Part shown: in pieces, positions 24,020 to 35,276 of the stretch | Numbering within the stretch: position 1 is the stretch's first letter | Layout of the letters: every line of letters starts with the position of its first letter | Assembly: GCA_000934665.2 (NCBI GenBank) | Contig: JYFJ02003457.1 | Span: forward strand, 1 to 58,735 | Source of the DNA: Catajapyx aquilonaris | Taxonomy: Eukaryota | DNA length: 58,735 nucleotides | Reading direction: 5' to 3' | The notes under the pieces: model-generated | The model's input: only the letters and a program-made list of their open reading frames with translations | What the model was told of the DNA's origin: nothing | The model's database searches: none | Made by a program: the position numbers and the translations under genes

Positions 24020-24490
24020 GTCAGTTTATAGCATGGAAACCTAAGTTTTGTTGCACACTGTAGTGACACTTACCAGACAAAAAATAACTTAGAGCATTTT
24101 GGTCTTTGAGCAAGTTAAGGAATTTTCATATTTTGCACATTATGTGGGAGTTACTGACAACCCTGCACAAGTGATTGTTGAGAGAAAATGTGTTCCTAAT
24201 TTTTCTACCAACTCTCAATATTGTGAACCATCAATAGTCTCACTCAGGGTAAAGATAGATGGAGATTGTAGTGCAGGGGAACTCAGATCTCTATGATGCC
24301 AATATAGAAGGTGGAACACTGCCTAATTTCCCACCTTCAAGAGAGGGAGGGAGAGATGTTGATTTCATGGATTACTAACTTGTTCACTGCGATATGCTAA
24401 TGGTAATTACAAAGGATGGAGGAAAAGGCCAATAAAATTTTCAGAGTTTCTGCCAACCAGCTCCCTGCAACTCATATGATAGGTTAGATT

Positions 24491-24704
24491 AATATAAAGT
24501 CTCCGTCCGCGGCGCTGGCGCATCCCCACAGGGATCTTGTGGTTCGGGCGGACACTCGCGGACGCCTGAACCAATCCGAACAATTCTTTCCACTGCAGCT
24601 GCATCTGGAAGGAATTCACAGATCGCCAGTCAGCCACCCGAACCACAAGATCCCTGTGGGGCCGCTCCAGCGCCAAATTCCAGGCTGGGGGAGACTTTTA
24701 TATT
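24491..24704. repeat. GC-rich hairpin/MITE-like inverted repeat
   Basis: ccccacagggatcttgtggttcggg / cccgaaccacaagatccctgtgggg perfect arms; outer aatataaagtctcc/ggagacttttatatt. Confidence 0.7.
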
Positions 24705-25455
24705 CAACAACTGTCACCATAGGGCTAGATAGGGAGTTGTGGGGGGCTGCTGCCAACTCACTTTTAACCCTTCCGTTACCGCCATGAGGAATTTTTCGCT
24801 GGTGGGGTTTAATGTATTTACAACCCTGGCCTTGTCATGGGCCACATGTCTATGAGCCAGCTGGTTTATTTTCCTCACGGCCAGCTTCCGTGAATCCAAC
24901 CTTTGACCCGGTGCTAGCTGTTGACAAGTGTCCATAGGGCCGCATCTATTGCAATTTTTCATGACTTCCTCCAATGACTCATCTGTAATGCGCCAAATTC
25001 AAAGTCCAGAAATGTAACATCCGTGTTTCATAGTCGTTCACTATGGGCCCAATGAGTGTCAAGAAATCCCTGAGCATTCATTACAATTTAGAAAGCAAAT
25101 AGCGAAATTTAGAAATTACGCCATAAAATTAATTGCTGGAATCTATATCACAGATGGCTGCCATATCATTGGGCTTTTGCTAATAATTACATACTTTGTA
25201 ATGCCTTGTTTTCACCATAGTGCAGTTAAATGATGTCAATAATTATCAGCTTCAACTCCAAAACGTTTTCATGGGTAATTTTAGCGAATTGGAAGGAAAA
25301 TTAAGGGAAAGCTGCATGTAATCGGACACAAGTGCAGACAAGTGTAACCCGAGCCTCAGCCTCATTTGTTAAGTCTTATCGCTGGATGTAAAAAATGTCA
25401 AACTTGTGCAATGTATAGAAGAGTCATGGACACAAATAGTTTTTCATTCCATATA

Positions 25456-25878
25456 CAAGGTGTAGGAAAACTCGCGGATAATTGCCAGGTACACTGATAG
25501 TACTCGTAAAACTATAATAGGGATGTCCAATTAGTTTTTGGCTCCGTTGTGTAGTTAATGCGCATGGCGTCTTCAAAGTGTAGAGGGCCGGATGGTAAAA
25601 CATGAGGTAAAAATGACAAGTTCATGGGTGTCGTACCCGGATTCTTACTCTGATGGGATTTGATTGCCTTTGCATGTGGACGATGTGTTATGGACCCAAG
25701 GCTGGACTGTTCGGAGGCCCTCGAGCTGACTTTTGCTTCATTGAAGCTAGCAGAATGGATGTGACGGCGCCATACGCATTAACTATGCAATGGTGCCCAA
25801 AGAATTGTACATCCCTATATTAATTTCGCGAGTACTATCACTGTACCTGGCGATTGTCCACGAGTTTCCCTTCACCCT
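25456..25878. mobile_element. MITE family B, copy 2
   Basis: Colinear similarity to 2161-2557. Confidence 0.85.
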
Positions 25879-26272
25879 TATGCATTATTGCACTAAGGTA
25901 GCTAGATAATGGCGCGTAATTCAAATTATTTTTTGCAATTTTTCTCATCAATATTTTAAAACTAAAAGCTTTGACTTAAAAACATCAAATATTTCTCAGA
26001 TTAATCTGATTACAAAGTTAAGTTAAGTTCATTTCTTCCGCTATTACAACTAATACAGTTAGATGTATTTTAGTCTTGTCGAAGGTATGGGATATTCCAC
26101 GATCTTTATTTACATTTCAGACATTATGGCTTAATTAACATTTTTCTCCTTCATCATGAATATGCATTAGAGATTTTTTCAAACTGTATCTTTTATGCAA
26201 GATGATAGAGTTTATAACCATTTGGAGGATGAGGATGTTTTACAGTAGGTCAATAAATTTGTGATAAGACAT

Positions 26273-27826
26273 TACTTGCCCTTCCTCAATGGAGTTTGCA
26301 TACCCCAAAAAGTGGAGTGGTGGGTTAAGAGACAAAATGTGATAAAAAAAATCTCCATTAAGATTATCTGCACGTTCGAATAGATAATTATGAATCGTAG
26401 CAATGGAGGTAGGAGGACACCAAAGTTGAAGTTGATTTGACAGTTAACAGCTGAAATAAACATGATTAGGGTAAACTGCATAGTGATGGCCAGTTTAGCA
26501 TATTGGTCAGAGCAATACATGAATACCGTCAGAATTTCTTTCTGCATAAATTTTCTAAACTGTTTATCTAATAACAGAGGATTTGCTAGTTCACATTCCA
26601 TCAAATTCATTTAAATCTGTCAGCATGTGTGCGTATATTTAAATGCACAAAATATACTTCCTAAAAGACAGTAATGGCCACCCCTACAAATGATAATGGC
26701 CAGGTGCCAAGATAGTGATGGTCATGGCAGCAAAACAATAGGATATCTACCGTAGGTACCTAAGGACAGTAGGGACCATTGGTATTAGGACCGTAGGCGT
26801 AACTGACATTAGGTAAATCCACACAAAAGCATGCAGGTTGCAGAAACTGGCCGTCACTGTATGGTTTATCCTACATGAGCAGCAGGTCTGTTTGTGACGT
26901 GCCATTACTGCTCTTGCAATGACCTCAGTGGACTGATTTTCGACCTAGTTCAAGCCAAGGGTTTCATGTGTCACAACATGGTCCCTTTTTCACGGTATGG
27001 CATTTACACAGCTTATTTCTTAAAGAACCAAGACGCAGTGGACCATCACTGCAGGGCGGGCCATCACTGTACGGTTTACCCTACATCTTGGACAGTGAAT
27101 TTCTGTGGGGTCTGGTAAAAATTGCTGCCACTATGTTGATTTGTTACTTACCAGGTCATTAATTTTAATAATGAACCTGAGGGGCCACACAAACCCAAAG
27201 ACCGTATTACAATTAATTACAAAAAATCTACCACATAATTAAAGATGTTTATGGCTTGTGGACGTTTTCAGAAATTGCTACACTTTGATGTACAACATTT
27301 AACGGTGTTATTTATAAGTATATAAAAATGTGCCGACATTTTCTATTTAGACCTCAGTCCAATATGCTAGGATTTAAAAATTCAATTCAATTAATATGAA
27401 ATAGCTTTTAAAATTCCTGTATTCAGAAATGCACAGGTAATTCCGCATCTGAAAGCCTTGAAAAACATTTAAATTCCGTAGTAGATTTTTTGTAGTTAAT
27501 TTTAATACAGTCTTCGGGTTTGTGTGGCCCTTCAGGTTCGTTATTAAAATTAAGGTCCTGCTAAGAAACAGATAAATGTAGTGGCAGCAATTTTTACCAG
27601 ACTCCACAGAAATTCACTGTCCAAGGTGTAATCATATTCATTTCAGTTGTTACCTGTCAAATCAACTTCAACTTTTGTGTCCTCCTAACTCCATTGCTAT
27701 GATTCGTAATTATCTATTCTAAAGTCCAGATAATCTTAATGGAGATTTTTTGTCACATTTTGTTTATTAACCCACCACTGCACATTTTTGAGGTATGCGA
27801 ACTCCACTGAGGTTGGGGGAGTAGTA
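26273..27826. mobile_element. Large fold-back element with nested insertion
   Basis: 26273-26468 plus 27084-27250 is the reverse complement of ~27465-27826. Confidence 0.8.
26469..27081. mobile_element. TA-flanked TIR element (GGGTAAAC ends; pogo-like, unconfirmed)
   Basis: TA-GGGTAAACTGCATAGTGATGG / CCATCACTGTACGGTTTACCC-TA; the opposite host arm shows the empty TA site. Confidence 0.75.
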
Positions 27827-28119
27827 ATATTGCTATTCTCCTCAACATCTTGCATGACCAAAATGGCAGGTTTTCTGGAGCACTGGTCAAATGCTTGCCG
27901 AGAGGTTATGCTACCAAGTAACCTATGCCTGTGTCAAGAGGACTATGGATGTGGCTGAGGCTAAGGTTGCTTGTTTAGATTGGTGTAAGTGGCATAAATT
28001 AATTTAGACTGAGTGATTCTGGCTGTGGTTGTGTTTTCTGTTAAGCATATTTTATTTGTTTTGATAATTGCTTTTCTGAGTTATGGGGGCCTCTGGATTA
28101 GTGATGAGCTGTTTATGTA

Positions 28120-28450
28120 CAGTGGGCCCTCCTCTGTATCCATGTGGGCTTGGTTCCAGGTTCTCCTGCGGATACCAAAATGTGCAGATGGTAATTTCCC
28201 CCTATAAAAAATAGCATAGCATATAACCAACACATATCCTGCAGTATGCTTTAGATCATCTCTAGATTACTTATAGTACCTAAAACAATGTAAATACTGT
28301 CTAACTAGTTGTCACACTGTATTGTAGTGCTTTACATGGGCAAATTCAAATTTTGCTTCTCTGCTTTCTGGATATTTTCGAATATTTTTGATCCACAGTT
28401 AGTTGAATCTGCGAATATGGAACCCACAGAATGATAGGGAGGGCCCATAA
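28120..28450. mobile_element. Tigger-type MITE resembling mammalian MER2
   Basis: TA-CAGTGGGCCCTC start, GAGGGCCCA end; internal tcatctctagattacttatagtacctaaaacaatgtaaat matches my recollection of the MER2 consensus. Confidence 0.7.
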
Positions 28451-29347
28451 GTAAATTTAAAATGTGTGTTTCATGTAGAGTGCCAACCTGGTAGGGTGTT
28501 GTGAACCATAGTACACTCACATGTCTGGTGATAGAGATGTATTTGAGTCATTCATGGAAAAGTGCATATGGAGCATCAAATGCCATAAGAGCCAATGGAG
28601 TATTTGGAGCAACACTGGAGTACCTGAAACACTAGTAGAACCTCTCAGAGCATCATCTCAATACGTCAGAGCATCAACCCAGCAAACCTTGGAGCTGCTC
28701 TGGGAGGTCGGCTGAGGTTTAGTACTGTAAACCAGAGCTCCACAGTGACTAGTCCCATGGGTGATTGGCTAGTGTTGTGTGTGAATTGTTGTTGGGGTTA
28801 AGACGATGATTGAATATGTTACAAGGTTAAAGATGTGCAAGATATATGTTTCATATCAAGTGCTGACCTGGTAGGGTATATCTGGCGAGAGGCTAGTGTT
28901 ATGCTTAGATTGTGGTTGTTTAGGATTTGTGAAAATATGGTTTTGATTCGTTATAATGCTTTATATGTCATTGAATGTCGTCAATTTATGTGTGGCATTT
29001 TGAAGTACACTTTTCTCATTTTCCTTGTGTTCTCCGTCATCATTGAATAATTCCTTTTATAGGGAAATGTTGTGATGCTTTGTTGTTTGTTTTATTAGTA
29101 ACACTACAACCATTTTCAATTGGTCTTTACTTGGTGTACTCAAATACCATAAAAAGTTTTTTTTTATGGATTCCAATGTAATACCTGAGTTCTCATCTCA
29201 TCTAGGTTTAGGCTGTTAAATAATATGTCGTTCCATGAGATATATTATAATTTATTGTATAACTGGCAAGTGTCATGGGTGTCTTCCTTCAGGCCTGGTG
29301 GTCAGGTACTGGGATCCTGTCATTGTTAATTTGAATTAGGGCCTATT

Positions 29348-29603
29348 GGTGGGCGACACGGTGGCCGAGTGGTTAGCGCCGCAGCCTTCCACCTCTAAGG
29401 TCCCGAGTTCGATCCCCGGGTCGGACGGAGGATACTTATGTGGATAGAGTTTCGATGGGTTCTCTCCGTTTTCGCGTGGGTTTTCTCGGGGTTCTCCCGT
29501 TTCCTCCCACTATCAAAATCCATCACATTTCAGGCAAATGATTAAAGTCGGTCTATTAAAAGATGATCCCCTAAGAGGCCCAAGGGGCCTATCACGGGGT
29601 ATC

Positions 29604-29655
<52 letters not shown>
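29348..29655 (+). mobile_element. tRNA-derived SINE family 1, copy 3
   Basis: A/B boxes, (TTA)n tail, perfect 14-bp TSD aattagggcctatt. Confidence 0.9.
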
Positions 29656-29658
<3 letters not shown>

Positions 29659-29732
29659 TAGGGCCTATTTGCAATTATCAAGATGGGGTTTCTTATCACA
29701 AGAGTTTTACACATTTTCTTTTAATTTTGTAG

Positions 29733-29893
29733 GTTAATGTGGTGCATGTGGGTGCAACATGCAAGAATGCAGCTGATGACAAGCTCCGACAAGCAATGCG
29801 CCGCTTTGCAGATCTTTACCCACCTCCTACGACTGTGATTTTAATTTCAGGGGATATCAATTTTGCTAGTGAACTCTCAGACTTGAGATATAG
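29733..29893 (+). CDS. MARF1: MARF1 NYN exon ([53 protein letters not shown])
   Basis: Catalytic NYN motifs, phase 0-2, canonical sites; absent from ORF track. Confidence 0.93.
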
Positions 29894-30003
29894 GTAATAA
29901 TACCTAGGTTTTCATGCAAGCCGGTAGCAATACATTGCAACACAATTAGCCTAATTTTGGGGGTGATTTATGATCCATGCTGCTATCAGTGGTGGGAAAT
30001 ATA

Positions 30004-30695
30004 CACGGGGTTAGACAAAATAATAAGAGCACCTGCAAAGAGCAGTTGAAACTTCGCATCTGTTATATTCGAAAACTGGAAAAGTTACGCAAATATCACG
30101 AGAGGGGGAGAGAAATAAAAGACGAACAACAAACACCACCACCACCACTCCCCCCCCCCCGGACCCTGATTTAAAGAATAGGATGATTGTACGGACAAAA
30201 TAACAGATTTTTTAGTCATCTGCATACCGCAAAGTGACATAAATAGAGCTTAAAAACCCGGGACAGATCATTTCTGCAACTGTTTTGGTTTTCTAATTAA
30301 ATATTACTCATATTCTTTAGAGCAGTGCCTGGGAGGGGGGAAGGGGGGGGGGTGTAATTCTCTCTTCCCCCTCACGTAACTATTGGTCCATCTCTACGCC
30401 TCACAAAGTGACATCAATAGAGCTTCAAAATCCAGTAAAGTTCATATGCGTAACTATTTTGGTTTTCAAATGACAAGCCTGGAACACTTTGGTCAAAAAT
30501 GGGGTCTGGAAGGGTGTCGTTCGTCTTTTGTTTCTCGTGATTTTTGTGTCATCAGAATACCCCCACAAATGTACATCGATGGAGCTTCGAAACCTGGTAA
30601 AAGTCATCTTTGCAACTTTTCCAGTTTTCAAATAAAACAGAGGCAAAGTTTCAACCGCTTCTTGCAGATGTTCCTATTATTTTGTCTAACCCCTG
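30004..30695. mobile_element. Tc1-like non-autonomous element
   Basis: TA-CACGGGGTTAGACAAAATAATA / TATTATTTTGTCTAACCCCTG-TA, ~60-bp arms. Confidence 0.8.
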
Positions 30696-30900
30696 TAGCT
30701 ACCTACACACTTATATTGTAAAACCTATTCAAATAAATCTATGCAGAGTGCATTCTGCCTCCTGCTTAGCTCCTCATGGGGATCCCACTAGGCGACAAAA
30801 TAAGTGGAAGGGTTAACCCAAAATAATGAAAACCATACTTTGTGCAACACTGATTCCACCGATGACTGGTTTCACACTTTCCATGAATGTCCAATGTATA

Positions 30901-31278
30901 CAGGGTGTTTCTAACTAGTCCAGCCAACGGCCGTCAGCGTATTCCTTGGGCCAAAACAAGTCGAAAATGTAGGGGGGAGAAATGTCGAGGGACCAACCGT
31001 TAACGAGGTAGACAATCGGAAAATATTGGCTGGTGGTTGCTGAGGTTGTAGGATATGAGTGGTGATAATCACTTCTGTGAAAGAGGTGACCTTGCAAATC
31101 CCTACAGTCGCCATTTTCGCGCTTATATCCTGCTCCTTCGGAAACCATTGGCAAATGTTTCTGGTCAAGGTCATTTTATTGGTTGCTCCCTCGACATTTC
31201 TCCCCCCTACATTTTCGACTTTTTTTGGCTCAGGGAATACACTGACGGCCATTGGCTGAATTAGTAACAAACACCCTG
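30901..31278. mobile_element. MITE family A
   Basis: TIRs, TA on both sides. Confidence 0.9.
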
Positions 31279-31457
31279 TATAGGGGGCCTTCGAAACCAA
31301 TACCTTCCAGGTTAGCAATTTTTGTCAATTTTCCACAAACCCACATATGAACAATTAAGACAAGTGTTCCTTTTCCTCACCTATGTAGCCAAATGGCATA
31401 AAAATGTATGAATTGCTCACCTTTTCACTCCCTCCCCTTAGCAACTGTCAGAACTCG

Positions 31458-31582
31458 GCCTGATTGCACCAACGAAATTACCGATTTGATAGCTCCTAAC
31501 AGATCATTAGGACACGTTAAAAGGGCTCCTAACAATCCATTAGGAGCTATCGGATCGGTAATTTCGATTGGTGCAATCAGGC
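31458..31582. mobile_element. Short hairpin MITE (Harbinger-like ends)
   Basis: gcctgattgcaccaa / ttggtgcaatcaggc with ~45-bp arms; TSD not clear. Confidence 0.6.
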
Positions 31583-31627
31583 ATAAAGATACTTTCTCCC
31601 TACCCCCTTGTTTTATTTTTGGTCATA

Positions 31628-32617
31628 CAGGGTGTCCCACTGGCTACTCTACCCAGCATTTCTTTAATCACTTGAACACAAATTAAGATATCGCAACGAA
31701 ATTTGAACTGAACTAACCTCATTATTATTGTTATTATTATTATTATTATTATTTATTTTATTTATCATACCATGTGCTAGAGCCTTTGGCTCCCTTAAGG
31801 GGGTGGATTACCACCATTGGATGGGACCAGGGATAGGGAAGGAAGCGGCTGTAGCCTATTTTTAACGGAAACGACCCTAGAATTGTCTCGGGGGGGGACC
31901 ATGGAAATCCACAGAAAACCATGGTCAGGGTCGCCGGCCCCGGGATTCGAACCCAGGACCTCCCGATTAGCAGGCGGGCTCCTTATCCCCTACACCAACC
32001 TGCTTCGGTTACTAACCTCATTATGTGAGAAAGAAAATTGCGCCACAACATGTGCTGCAAATGACCACAATTTGCATCCAGGCAGGCCTGAACATGACGC
32101 TCCATATTTTGGAAGGTCCTGGCCAGTATGACCTGAGACGCTGCCTGAATTTCTTGGATGATGTTTTCTTTCAAGGTGTCAATGGATTGTGGTTTGTTAC
32201 GGTACATATGCCACACATCACATGGCCAATATTCAGTCTTTTTTCGGCGACTTAGTCATTTCGAAGGGGTTTATGTGACCGTGGTCGCCCTATCTTATGC
32301 CTCCATATTACTTCTTATGGGCCTCTCTAAAAGGTGAGTGTATCTACACAAACCACAATCCATAGACACCTTGAAAGAAAACAACATCCAAGAAATTCAG
32401 GCAGTGTCTCAGGTCATGCTGGCCATTACCTTCCAAAATATGGAGCGTCATGTTCAGGCCTGCCTGGACGCAAATGGTGGTCATTTCTAACACGTATTGT
32501 GGTACCATTTCCTTTCTCACATAATGAGGTTAGTTCAGTTCAAATTTCGTTCCGATATCTTCATTTGTGTTAAGTTATTAAAGAAATGCCGGGTAAAGTA
32601 GCGAGTAGGACACCCTG
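31628..32617. mobile_element. Palindromic Tc1/mariner derivative made of two 3' ends
   Basis: TA-CAGGGTGTCC / GGACACCCTG-TA; both arms encode KPQSIDTLKEN.IQEIQA.SQV.LA.TFQNMERHVQACLDAN.GH. Confidence 0.85.
31726..32010 (-). mobile_element. tRNA-derived SINE (family 2 head, different tail)
   Basis: Reverse complement of the 16546 head; 14-bp TSD actaacctcattat. Confidence 0.85.
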
Positions 32618-32942
32618 TATTGTGTTATATAAAATTGCTAAGTGGACAAAAATGTATGGACGTGTGTTCATCCATGTACCAGCAGAGGGAAAATAAGATT
32701 GACTGATATAGGTGGGAAAGAGGGGGTGGGGGGATGTAGGAGGAACTTGATTACATTGAGTGCTGATCAGTTTCATTTGTTAATATAAATTGATAAATCT
32801 TCATATTTAAGTTCATGCCAGCCTTGCATGAAAATGTCAAGAAATGTGTAGTGTAATTGTAGAATGTTGCATTGTATTGCTTCATGCAAGTTGCATACAA
32901 ATTTTTTTTTAATGATCTCAAACTTATAAAACCACCTTGCAG

Positions 32943-33066
32943 GAAGAGGATGCATGTTATATTGTTACATAATCATCATGCCCCAAACTCCCTTCTTGTG
33001 TGCGCCAACGAACACTATAATTTTGTGGACATGATGGCTGACATACCTCTGCGTCAGTCACACAAG
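32943..33066 (+). CDS. MARF1: MARF1 exon, end of NYN (KRMHVILLHNHHAPNSLLVCANEHYNF...)
   Basis: Phase 2-0, canonical sites. Confidence 0.9.
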
Positions 33067-33145
33067 GTATTATCACTTGCTTGTGACATGTCTTAAGTGG
33101 TATATGCTTCAATCTGAATACAACATTGCTGTTTTCTTAATGCAG

Positions 33146-33315
33146 AATGCAAGTCATCCAGTTGACCTGACTGTGATAAACCTACCAGTGCATGTGACCA
33201 GTGGGAAGATCATTACCAGACTAAAGAAGATTTCGAACAATTGTGGCGGAAAGCCTATGTGGATCCGTGGGACTGTCGCCTGTGTCCGGTTCTCCTCGTT
33301 GGAAGTAGCAGCCAG
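33146..33315 (+). CDS. MARF1: MARF1 RRM1 exon (LTVINLP...RLKKISNNCGGK)
   Basis: Phase 0-2; limkain-type RRM signature. Confidence 0.9.
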
Positions 33316-33579
33316 GTAAATATTGAATTGTGTTTGTAGGGGTCAAAAACCTTCATCAAATGCATACCTTTTTCAAGATAATGCTGATGAAACCAAACAA
33401 ATTGCTGTACAAGATATTGCTTGTGTTGTGGAGGTTTGCTTGATGCTTGACCCTTATTGGATTGGTGCCATTTTGTCTTTGCTTGAAAATTTTGGAAGTG
33501 GTCAGTAAAAAATTACCTGCTGGCCTGTTATTGACATGTAATGGTTGAAATTGCATGTACTTGGTGTGTCTTGGATATA

Positions 33580-34541
33580 CAAGGGCGGATCAATAAGTAA
33601 CTCAAATAATTTAATTTAGGCAAAAGTTTAATAGATAGACAAAACTTAAGATATACATTGTGACCTTCCACCCTTTGGCTATTTTTCAACATATGAACTG
33701 TTTCTGTTGATGCATTTGTCCCACTGTGGTACATCATTAAATGTGCCGTGTTTTTAGAGTTCGTTTTTTTTTTCCATAAGATATTTTTTCTGGGCGTCTG
33801 GGACAATGCTGATCATTAATGTCTTCTCGGTCCTCAGAAAACAGCTTACACCATCTTGAAATGTTGCTACAGTCCAGGCATGTGTTCCCATAAACTTCTG
33901 TCATGTCCTTGTGAATTTGGGTGGGAGTTTTGCCTTGTGCCCACAAAAGAGCACAGCAGCTTAATGCTCAATAAGGGTGGGCGATGCCAACACATTCGCC
34001 ATCTTTGCTGACTCATTCTCTTTTGGGGGCACCCTCATGCAGATGAGTACAGACCTGACCATGGACCTGACCGTAAACTTAGCAACTTTCGTCTCTTTGC
34101 CCCCTTGAAAAAAAGGCCTTATGGAGAAAAAAAACCGAGCTGTAAAAACATGGCATCTTTAACTATGTACCACAGTGGGACAAATGCATCAACAGAAATG
34201 GTTCATATGTTGAAAAATAGCCAAAGGATGGAAGGTCGCTATGTATATCTTAAGGTGCATTCACATATCTGCGATTCCGTGCCCAGCGACCGATTCTGTG
34301 CCCCGTAGATCCACGACGCGGTGCCCCCAGCGACGGAGTTCCCGTCCAGTGGATGCTGTCACAATGTAGTGCCCCAAAGAGCTCTGCTACCGGGCCTCCA
34401 GCAGCTGGGTAACACCATGGCCGCGATGTCGCTCGAGCACGGAGTCGCAGTCGCCGATATGTGAATGCACCTTTAAGTTTTGTTTATCTATTAACCTTTT
34501 GCCGAAATTAAATTATTTGCGATACTTATCGATCTGGCTTG
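33580..34541. mobile_element. mariner derivative with two 3' ends and an internal HTH remnant
   Basis: TA flanks; both arms encode VPQWDKCINRN.SYVEK*; minus strand 33946-33790 mariner N-terminal HTH (IHKDMTEVYG..SRWCKLF). Confidence 0.85.
34253..34472. mobile_element. PIF/Harbinger MITE
   Basis: 17-bp perfect TIR AGGTGCATTCACATATC; TTA TSD confirmed by the empty site in the host's other arm. Confidence 0.88.
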
Positions 34542-34839
34542 TATCTAAAATTACATGGCAGTTTGGGTTGCTGATGAGAAGTGATTCCTTCTTGATGAGC
34601 TGGGAACTCAATGCATTGCAATGGGCATACTCCGATTGCAGTTGCCTTTGGAATTTGAATTTATTTTTTTAATATGAACATTTTCTGATGCAACTAGCAC
34701 CATGAAGGGTGTCTGGTGGTGCCCTTTTATGTGGTATGTGTAGTATTACTAACTAAACACCAAGAGCCTTCCACACGGAAATAGAATTCCGCTTTGAAAA
34801 TATAGGTTTGCCAACAAATTTTTTCACTGCTACTGCATA

Positions 34840-35276
34840 CAGGGTGAAGGGAAACTGGCGGACAATCTCTAGGTAGACTCATAGTACTCGAAAAACTAAT
34901 ATAGGGATGTGCAAGTGGTTTTTGGCGCCGTTGCGTAGTTAATGCATACGGAGCCTTTAAACTGTAGAGGCCGGATGGTAAAATATGAGGTAAAAACGAC
35001 AAAGTGGACGACCGTCGTACCCAGATTCTTACTCTGATTGGATTTGATCACCCATTGCACATGGACAATGTGTTACAGACCCAACCCCGGATTGTTTGGA
35101 GGCCCTCGAGCTGGCTTCTCTGAAGCTGGCGGATCGGACGCGACGTCATAAAACTTTAAAGGTGCTGTACACATTGACTACACAACAGCGCCCTAAACTA
35201 ATTGCACATCCCTATATTAGTTTTACGAATACTGTCAGTCTACCTGGCGATTGTCCGCGAGTGTCCCTTCACCCTG
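34840..35276. mobile_element. MITE family B, copy 3
   Basis: TA-CAGGGTGAAGGGA / TCCCTTCACCCTG-TA. Confidence 0.88.

Noticed and set aside
24768..30812. TTAACCCTTCC ... GGAAGGGTTAA as a piggyBac capturing a MARF1 exon
   Set aside because: Only 7 bp match beyond TTAA, and the enclosed exon is in its native colinear position.
30911..31318. Recurrent similar ORFs (also 6270, 9421, 41164) resembling a protein family
   Set aside because: They are translations of palindromic MITE A on both strands, with inconsistent frames and no domain.
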